A DNA stretch of 64,000 bases from Yuukianura sp. NJ FZ-2021 (lineage: Eukaryota), in assembly GCA_046563655.1 (NCBI GenBank), contig CM102286.1, positions 13,144,001 to 13,208,000 of the forward strand. The letters are read 5' to 3'. Shown piece by piece: positions 54,748 to 64,000 of the stretch. The notes under the pieces are model-generated. The model saw nothing but the letters and a program-made list of their open reading frames with translations, was not told the DNA's origin and ran no database searches. A program made the position numbers and the translations under genes. Numbering within the stretch: the first letter of the stretch is position 1; each line of letters begins with the position of its first letter.

Positions 54748-56334
54748 CACAATTTCTGCAAATCTTTTCCGACTGAACAGCTCAGGAACGACAACAAGCA
54801 TGGCTTTTAGAGAAAGCAATCACTCGACTAATTTACTAACTACGAATTTTGTCTTTTTTAATCTCCAAGGTTTTCTTTTTTGGAATTGAAAGAGGATTCT
54901 TTTAAACAAAATCAAGTTTAATTTTAATTGAAGAGATATGTACAGATGAAAAACTTATTTTGAAAGTTTGCAATTTCAGTTGATGTTTTTGTTTAGAGGC
55001 GTAAAAATCATGCTAACAAGTAACTGTACACTTTTTGTTCTCTCAATTTCTAAATTGTAATGTTGTTATAATTACAATTTCTCTTGATCTCTCTTTAGTC
55101 AATGTCAAGCGATGACTTGAAATCGCATCTGTAGAGTCTAATTTATTTTATGAGGTTTTTTATATAACTATGTAAACAAATTACTGCAAGTTTCTTCAGG
55201 CCTCCCACCATTTTTAATATTTTTCCTGTGTTTTTTTCTAAAATAACTTTTTCGGGAAGTTTTTCAGGCAATTTTAATTTTTTGTTAGTGTTGTAGGAAT
55301 TTTTGCTGTAAACTGTTCTTCCTTTCTGGATTGGGTGACAATCACTCCGAAATTTTAAGGCTTTGGCGTGGGAATTTGTCACCCTTTAAACATGAAATTA
55401 ACTTGAAAGTTCGAGCAACGACATTATTGGCGCCAAATTTTGAATTTGATTAGCGAGGGGAAATTGTGTATATTGTCATTTTATCCTCCCTTACCTAAAT
55501 CTTGTCATCTCCATGCTAAAAAAAAGTAGTATAAGTGCTTACAAAAAAATTTTGATGTGCAATTTTTAAGGCGAGAAGTTACAGAAGATGAGGGGAAGGA
55601 AGATGATGTAAATTTTAGAACAATTTTTTAAAAAAGGTTTCCTGCCAGGACTTTGACGGTGATACAAATTATAATTTTGGAAGTCAGGTAGTGAAAGGCG
55701 TTGGGTTTTCTGTTGTTTTCTTTTTTAACTTGTAATTTGTTGAAAAAGCAGAAAACGACGAATGAATTTTGAAACAAAGTTTGATGCATTTATATCCATA
55801 AAACCAACCGCTAACGAACAATGTTACCCTAATATACACAAGACACACAAAAACCCATCAACATTACAGTTTTTAGTATTGATTATTGTATTTCTTAACA
55901 CGTTCAAAACCTAAAAGAGCTCTGAATAATTTTAAAATCTTTGTTAAACTTAATTTATATAGAAAGTATAAAAAGTTATGTTCCACGGTCTTTACCACCA
56001 ATTCTAATTAAGGAATTTCTTCGTGTAATAAGTTCGCTGCATGCTTAACTTTTTCGTGTTAAACAAAGTAAAAGTATAAGTACAAGTGCGAACACTAATC
56101 AGCCACCGAGACAAATGAAATTGTCGATTGTAAGATAAGGGAAATAGTGCGTGTCTGAAAAAAACACATAGTTCCTTTATGTTTATTAATTAGTTATATT
56201 TATAATTCAATTTAATTACTGCAAATAAAATACACCTCTATAAAACGCTCCGTTCTTCAATTTCTTTTTGTTTGTTTTTTGAAAATATTAACAGTTTCAA
56301 CTTTCGGCTGATTTCCGCCACCCTCGCTTGGATT

Positions 56335-59300
56335 ATGATTCAGAACATTCAGAACGCTCCATAAAAATTTTGGCGTAATTTAAAAGAATGCAGTTTGTCA
56401 AAGTAAAAATCAAACAATTTGAAAGGTTTCAAAATTTTTAAACTTCACATCTCGTGAACGGAAAGGATAAAGACCTATAATCTCTTCGCGATAAACTTTA
56501 ATTAATAAATCTGAAAACGGATGTAACTCGAGAAATGTTAAGTCCGGGGAAATCTGATTTCTGATTCCGATTCAGCGACTCAAAATCTATGCGAATACAC
56601 ATTCAAGTCGAAAGATTCTAAAAAACGCTCCTTAAAAATTTTGACTTAAAAATGCAGTATTTGAAAATAAAAGTGAAATTTTATATCTCGTCAATGGAGA
56701 GCGATAGAGACCTAATCTTTTCGCGATAAACTTTCAATAAATATGAAGAATTTTTAAAAATTTTCGATTAAATTAAAAAATTATGATTTCTAAAAATACT
56801 CTATATTTTTGTGAATTCAGGAGCGAAGAGTTTACCTTTCTATCACTTTCCGTTCCCGAGTTATGAATTTTGAAAGCTTTTGAAAATTAAAATGAAATTT
56901 TGAAAATTTATATCTCGTGAACGGAAAGCGATAGAGACCTAATCTCTTCGCGATAAACTTTCGATAAATATGAAGAATTTTTAAAAATTTTGAAAACTCC
57001 AAAATCAAACATCAAGTTTTTTGTCAAATTTTGAAAAAAACCATGGACTATAGTCCATGGATTTTTTCGAAATTTGGTCAAAATCTGAGGGTACCTTTTT
57101 ATGATTTCTAAAAATACTCTATATTTTTGTGAATTCAGGAGCGAAGAGTTTACCTGTCTATCACTTTCCGTTCCCGAGTTATGAATTTTGAAATTTTTTA
57201 AAAATTAAAATAAAAGTGAAATTTTATATCTCGTCAACGGAGAGCGATAGAGACCTAATCTTTTCGCGATAAACTTTCAATAAATATGAAGAATTTTTAA
57301 AAATTTTGAAAACTCCAAAATCAAACATCAAGTTTTTCGTCAAATTTTGAAAAAAACCATGGACTATAGTCCATGGATTTTTTCAAAATTTGGTCAAAAT
57401 CTGAGGGTACCTTTTTATGATTTCTAAAAATACTATATGTTTTTGTGAATTCAGGAGCGAAGAGTTTACCTTTCTATCACTTTCCGTTCCCGAGTTATGA
57501 ATTTTGAAAGCTTTTGAAAATTTAAATGAAACTTTGAAAATTTATATCTCGTGAACGGAAAGCGATAGAGACCTAATCTCTTCGCGATAAACTTTCAATA
57601 AATATGAAGAATTTTCAAAAATTTTGAAAACTCCAAAATCAAACATCAAGTTTTTTGTCAAATTTTGAAAAAAACCATGGACTATAGTCCATGGATTTTT
57701 TCGAAATTTGGTCAAAATCTGAGGGTACCTTTTTATGATTTCTAAAAATACTCTATATTTTTGTGAATTCAGGAGCGAAGAGTTTACCTGTCTATCACTT
57801 TCCGTTCCCGAGTTATGAATTTTGAAATTTTTTAAAAATTAAAATAAAAGTGAAATTTTATATCTCGTCAACGGAGAGCGATAGAGACCTAATCTTTTCG
57901 CGATAAACTTTCAATAAATATGAAGAATTTTTAAAAATTTTGAAAACTCCAAAATCAAACATCAAGTTTTTCGTCAAATTTTGAAAAAAACCATGGACTA
58001 TAGTCCATGGATTTTTTCAAAATTTGGTCAAAATCTGAGGGTACCTTTTTATGATTTCTAAAAATACTATATGTTTTTGTGAATTCAGGAGCGAAGAGTT
58101 TACCTTTCTATCACTTTCCGTTCCCGAGTTATGAATTTTGAAAGCTTTTGAAAATTTAAATGAAACTTTGAGAAATTGTATCTCGGGAACGAAATGTGAT
58201 AGAGACCTAATCTCTTCGCTACAAACTTTCAAAAAACATGAAGAATTTTTAGAAAAGCCAAAATCAAACATCAAGTTTTTTGTCAAATTTTGAAAAAAAC
58301 CATGGACTATAGTCCATGGATTTTTTCGAAATTTGGTCAAAATCTGAGGGTACCTTTTTATGATTTCTAAAAATACTCTATATTTTTGTGAATTCAGGAG
58401 CGAAGAGTTTACCTGTCTATCACTTTCCGTTCCCGAGTTATGAATTTTGAAATTTTTTAAAAATTAAAATAAATGTGAAATTTTATATCTCGTCAACGGA
58501 GAGCGATAGAGACCTAATCTTTTCGCGATAAACTTTCAATAAATATGAAGAATTTTTAAAAATTTTGAAAACTCCAAAATCAAACATCAAGTTTTTCGTC
58601 AAATTTTGAAAAAAACCATGGACTATAGTCCATGGATTTTTTCGAAATTTGGTCAAAATCTGAGGGTACCTTTTTATAATTTCTAAAAATACTCTATATT
58701 TTTGTGAATTCAGGAGAGAAGAGTTTACCTCTCTATCACGTTCCATTGGCGAGATATGAATTTTTAAAGTTTTTGAAAAATAAAATAAAATTTTGAAAAT
58801 TTATATCTCGGGAACGAAAGGCGATAGAGACCTAATCTCTTCGCTACAAACTTTCAAAAAACATGAAGAATTTTTAGAAAAGCCAAAATCTCCAAAAGCG
58901 AACATCAAGTTTTTCGTCAAATTTTGAAAAAAACCATGGACTATAGTCCATGGATTTTTTCGAAATTTGGTCAAAATCTGAGGGTAACTTTTTAAGATTT
59001 CTAAAAATACTCTATATTTTTGTGAATTCAGGGGCGAAGTGTTTACCTTTCTATCACTTTCCGTTCCCGAGTTATGAATTTTGAAAGTTTTTGAAAATTA
59101 AAATGAAACTTTGAAAATTTATATCTCAGGAACGGAAAGCGATAGAGACATAATCTCTTCGCGATAAACTTTCAATAAATATGAAGAATTTTTACAAAAT
59201 GAAAATCTCCAAAATCGAACATCAAGTTTTTCGTCAAATTTTGAAAAAAACCATGGACTATAGTCCATGGATTTTTTCGAAATTTGGTCAAAATCTGAGG

Positions 59301-59730
59301 GTACCTTTTTATAATTTCTAAAAATACTATATATTTTTGTGAATTCAGGAGCGAAGAGTTTACCTTTCTATCACTTTCCGTTCAAGAGTTATGAATTTTG
59401 AAAGTTTTTGAAAATTAAAAAGAAATTTTGAAAATTTATATCTCGTGAACGGAAAGCGATAGAGACCTAATCTCTTCGCCATAAACTTTCAATAAATATG
59501 AAGAATTTTTAGAAATGCTGAAAAGTCCAAAATCGAACATCAAGTTTTTCGTCAAATTTTGAAAAAAACCATGGACTATAGTCCATGGATTTTTTCGAAA
59601 TTTGGTCAAAATCTGAGGTTACCTTTTTAAAATTTCTAAAAATACTCCATATTTTTGTGAATTCAAGCGCGAAGAGCTTGCCTCTCTATCGCTTTCCGTT
59701 CCCGAGATATGAATTTTTAAACTTGTTTTT
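56335..59730. repeat. Tandem array of ~317-bp AT-rich units with internal palindromes
   Basis: The perfect 20-bp palindrome CCATGGACTATAGTCCATGG starts at 57041, 57357, 57675, 57991, 58300, 58616, 58934, 59251 and 59569. Spacings are 316, 318, 316, 309, 316, 318, 317 and 318 bp. Truncated, diverged units lie at 56335-57000. Confidence 0.97.
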
Positions 59731-60433
59731 GAATCTTATTTAGAATTTTTTGTTAAAATCGGCCGTATTTCTGAAATGGAACAACGTAAATCGTTTTTTA
59801 GTTTGGAAATTGTGTTATTTCGAAACATTTTTTTCTGCAAAGAAATGATAGACTTTTTTTTTGGAAAATTAGTGGCATTAAGGGCATGACGCTTTCACTT
59901 CAGCGTGGTGGGGTGCCTGAATTGATTCGGCGTCGCTCCGAATTCCTTCGGGAAAAAGAATTTGCTCATCTGCACATGCCGAAAGGAGAAGATCTGGTGA
60001 TCCCATTGGCACTTCTCCCCTATAGCCCTCCCGTATTTTTTTTGGAAGATCTGTAAAGCCCAAAAGGCTTTAGACATACTACACAGCGGCCAAATTGGAA
60101 TAATTCTATTGTGTTCCCACTTGCTGTAAAGTGGTTGGCAATCCAATCCCTGTTTACTAACACTCACAAGAACTTCCATTCTTAATAGGTTTTTGATATA
60201 ACAAGCTCCGTTGGCCATAACCTTCTAATTCATGACTAATTTTTAACGTTTGGCAATTACTTAACTCCATTTTTAACTCTGTCGTTCCTCTTTGTACTTG
60301 AACCTGAATGTGATTCCGTTATTCTCAGCAGTCGTAAAGCAAATTGAAGATGTGAATTTGAACATCATTCCTTTGTTGTGATTTATTGTATAAGGTCAAG
60401 GTGGTTATAGTTTTATAGACACTTTAATAGAAA

Positions 60434-61996
60434 ATGAGCATGAGCAAGAGGGACTTGGCAAGCGGGAGTGGAAGAGACGCCATTGTCCGCGTCCCTGTCC
60501 CTATCCCCGTCCCAGTCACAGGAGGAGGTCGAGAGTTCAATGATTCCAAGAAAATTTGGTAAGATTTGAAACTTTTCAAAAATTTATATCCATTCCTACA
60601 TCTATTTGATTTTAAATTGTTAATTCTTGACACTTAAGGGACGCACTGAAGGAGATCATAGGACGAAGAAGACTGGTTACTATGGGAAGTGCTGCGGAGA
60701 GTCCCTTGGCCCCAGTACATGAAGACGCTTGGGAGTATAATATGAAGCACTTGAATCGTGGAAAAGCCATCATTTTTAATCACAAGGTAGTTCTATGTCT
60801 ATTAAGTTTTAAATATCAGTTAAACATTAAACTTTAAACATAAAAACTTCACTGTGTTCCTTTGTTCTTTGTTCTAGGACTATGACGCAAGTTTAGAACT
60901 GTCTCCCAGAGTTGGAACGGAGGTTGACAGAGACAAGCTCGTAGAATGTTTGACCAAACTCGGATTCCAGATTCAAGTTTACAATGATCTCAGCTTCGAT
61001 AAATTGAGACAATCAATCGAGTCAGGTAAACAACTACTCTGTTATAAACATCATAAATTGCAACAAAGAATTGATGATCGTTTTAACAAAGAAAACTTTT
61101 TGTTGGATTGCAGTTGCAAAGGAGGACCACAAGAACAATGACTGCTTATTGGTATTCGTCCTGTCCCATGGGAAAACAGATCTACTTTACGCTCACGACA
61201 TGTCCTATAACCCGGAAATACTTTGGGACGCCTTCACTGCCGAAAAGTGTGTTGGCTTGGCTGGAAAACCGAAAATGTTTTTCATACAAGTACGTAGTAA
61301 CTTAAACTTTAGTTTACATAAACTAATTAGCAATATTCTTAACAAGGTTTGAAATATAAAACTAATTTCAGGCTTGCAGAGGGGAAAAGTATGACGATGG
61401 AACACATCTTCAAGTTAAGCGAAGTCGTTTGACCATTGACACTTCAAACAAGAAAAAGTTTTTCAAAGTTCCAAATCAAGCAGACTTCTTGATTGTTTTC
61501 AGTTGCGTTCCAGGTAAACTAAAATGAGCATCCTTCTAAAAATGAAAAAAAAAAGTTGCATTTTTAAGTTGCAAGTTTCAAATTTTAACGTAACAGGCCA
61601 CTACTCTTGGCGAAATCACATTCGAGGAAGTTGGTTCATCCAAGCCGTTTGCAGAACATTTAGTCGCTACCATGAAGACTTGGATGTTCTCAACATGATA
61701 ACTTTAGTTAATCAGGAGGTAACACTATAGTTAAGTTTGCTTATAGTTAAGATTAATTTCGTAACAGCATATAGTAAGCTTGTTGAGGTCAAATGTCAAT
61801 TTCAACTTTCGTTTCAACTCCTTAGGTTGCAATGAAATACGAATCCAATCGTCCCGATGACATCTCTCAACATGGAAAGAAACAAGTTCCGCACGTCACA
61901 CACACCCTGTTGCGTCAAATCTTCTTAACGCAAAAGAAGAAAGTGACGACGACATCTACGACGATGGTCGTAGCAGGACAGGACTCCTGGGTGTAG
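60434..61996 (+). CDS. Effector-type caspase (DrICE/Dcp-1-like, short prodomain); exons 60434-60558, 60639-60786, 60878-61025, 61114-61289, 61372-61513, 61597-61718, 61826-61996
   Basis: Motifs YNMKHLNRGKAIIFNH, catalytic LSHG and GKPKMFFIQ|ACRG (Cys codon 61375-61377), ADFLIV, GHYSWRN..GSWFIQ and KQVP. The frame is continuous across GT-AG introns to TAG at 61994-61996. Confidence 0.93.
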
Positions 61997-62805
61997 AAGA
62001 CTAAACAGAGCTTCGCTTAAAATATCACGAGAGGAGCACAATAATATTTATACTTTGTTGCGCTGGCCTAAGATCTCTAAAAATTGTTTGAAATATCTCT
62101 CTGACTAAATGAAAAAATGCATGTGATCTGCACTGATTACCTTAACAATTACTATGTTGATGATGATTCGTTATGATTACCGATTATGAATTTGGTTTAA
62201 GTGACACGCGTTCTATAGTACACTGTTCTATCTTCAACTCAGCAAAAGAAAAAGTTTAGGTCTGTGCTAGAATCAAAACTAAATTTTGCTTTCACTTTGT
62301 ACTCTACTTAACGTTATACTTTTTAGTCGCTTTTCCTCGAATTTTGAAGCCTTTCAATTCCAACTAATTGTGTTACGCTCTTATTACATGTTATGTTAAG
62401 CTAAACCAAAATAAATTCCTGCCTAACCTTACTTTTTAAAACAATCAGTGTAAGCGTCACTTTGGCATTTGAGTCAATTTAATTAAAAAATATTATTATT
62501 AGTAGATGACATAAGTCGTTTTAACTTCTAAGTTCGGTCTACAGTTCTACAAATACTTGGCAAAAAAAGTCGCATCATTCTTTTAAATAATTCTTCGCAT
62601 TTCAATTTCGTAAAACAGCCTTGACCTTAAGGTCAACTTCTTTGAATTGAGCACCCACAACTTTCAAAGGAAACCTCATCATTTTTACAAATTGTTGTGA
62701 CTTATTACAATTGAGTGCTAAGTAAGAAAAAAAGATCCAATTTGATCAACTCAAGTAAAAGCCAAAAGTGAGTATCAATTGGACCAGGTACTACTGACAG
62801 TAAAG

Positions 62806-63984
62806 TTAGCTTGAGCGACGATAAATTTTTGCCAACATTTCAATGAAGAGATGTTTGGGAAGTCCTGGAGACATTTGTTGGATATGGGCCATGATCAGAG
62901 CGTGGCTGTCTTCCTCAAACTTGTGAAACAGGTCTGGAATTCCCATTTCTAGGTAAAGATTCTTCACAGCAGCAATTTTGGCGACATCGTCTTCACCATA
63001 GTTGGCCAGCAGGAAGTCACGTTGAGCAGGAGTAGCCTTCTCCAGTGCTGTAACGAACAGCCAGGAACATTTGCAATCTTGAATATCCGTGCCAATCTTG
63101 CCAGTGACCCGAACGTCTCCGAAGCAATCCAAGTAGTCGTCTTGTACTTGAAAAAGATGTCCGATCTCAAGTGTGACTTTTTCAACCTGTCGTTTTTGCT
63201 CTGGATCTTTCACTCCAGCCTGAGAAAAAAATTCATTTTTGTAAACAGAAAATACATTTTTGTAAGGGAAAAAAATACATTTTTGGACAATTGGTTTCCT
63301 TGATTTGGAGATAATGGGCTGGAAATTCCATGAAAGTCAAAAACAAGTTATAGCTCCCAGCAAAACCAAACTCCTTACACATGTTAACTTAATTTTAACT
63401 CAAATATTAAAAGGTACTCAAGCAAATCACAAAGCAAACTTGTCTTTTGAACGAGTTGGACCTGAAGGCCTTGGGAAATTTTAAACCAGCTCAATCGTTT
63501 TTGGAAATTCTCACATTAGTGATTCTGAACGTATGACATACCATAGCCATTGCAAGGGCGACAGGCAGATGAAATGAGTAGTAACTTGTCTTGTACTTGA
63601 CAATTCCCTTGTATTTGTCCATTGTATAGCTGTGGAAAAAAAATCAAATGCTGTAGACACTCTTTCAGTGCAACTATTGGCTTCCAAGCGTCTAAAATCT
63701 TAAATCACTTACGTCTGCATCTGTCTGGTAAGTCCAGTCCTGGTATCCAAACTCTGTCCATAGATTGTCTTATAGTTGGCATCATGCATGATTTCCAGAA
63801 GATCCAAATAATACTCTTTTTCACGAAAATACTTCTTGAGAATAGCAAAAATAGTGCCTTGAAGGAGAAACGCATCGTTCATGGCAGCAGGCCCCATATT
63901 GTCAACTTTGTACCAACATGGTCTTCCTCGGCGTGTTTCCGAACTGTCCATAATATCATCGGCAACCAGGAAATATGCTTGGAG
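62806..63984 (-). CDS. FPPS: Farnesyl diphosphate synthase, 3' part (5' exons lie beyond the window); exons 63984-63713, 63629-63542, 63219-62806
   Basis: First Asp-rich motif [20 protein letters not shown], then [14 protein letters not shown], second Asp-rich motif FQVQDDYLD, and [14 protein letters not shown]. The aromatic YF pair before the first motif is typical of type I FPPS. Confidence 0.95.
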
Positions 63985-64000
63985 CTATCAAAAAATAATC

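Noticed and set aside
58017..58746. ORFs 58017-58340 and 58483-58746 on the - strand
   Set aside because: They are translations of satellite units with no protein family features.
57041..59590. Regularly spaced palindromic 20-mers resembling a CRISPR array
   Set aside because: The intervening ~297-bp sequences are near-identical rather than unique spacers, there are no cas genes, and the context is eukaryotic.
59878..60218. 107-aa and 61-aa ORFs on the - strand next to the satellite
   Set aside because: No recognisable domain or convincing splice structure; cannot be supported as a gene or transposase.

Overview
AT-rich eukaryotic (metazoan) genomic DNA with many short GT-AG introns of about 55-100 nt. 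It is probably from an arthropod and may be from a springtail-like hexapod; the taxon is an inference only. The left ~15 kb is a compact gene cluster: NGLY1/PNGase (+), a 16-coding-exon JAK/hopscotch kinase (-), C1orf43/NICE-3 (+) and cyclin B (+). A ~12 kb gene-poor stretch follows, then the ARID3/dead ringer (retained) transcription factor (+), spread over at least 26 kb with 12 kb and 8 kb introns. The right end holds a ~3.4 kb tandem array of ~317-bp units built from alternating inverted halves, an effector-type caspase (+) and the 3' part of farnesyl diphosphate synthase (-). A 344-bp MITE with terminal inverted repeats and an 8-bp target-site duplication lies in the putative 5'UTR intron of NGLY1. 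The most notable oddities are: (1) the fold-back, dimeric satellite; (2) a JAK whose first activation-loop tyrosine is a cysteine; (3) a caspase ending in the PDZ ligand DSWV; (4) an NGLY1 lacking the PUB domain; (5) a very tight head-to-head JAK/C1orf43 pair. No CRISPR arrays, rRNA or convincing tRNA were seen. I found no clear evidence of a wholly new multi-gene system. Exon boundaries were read by eye.
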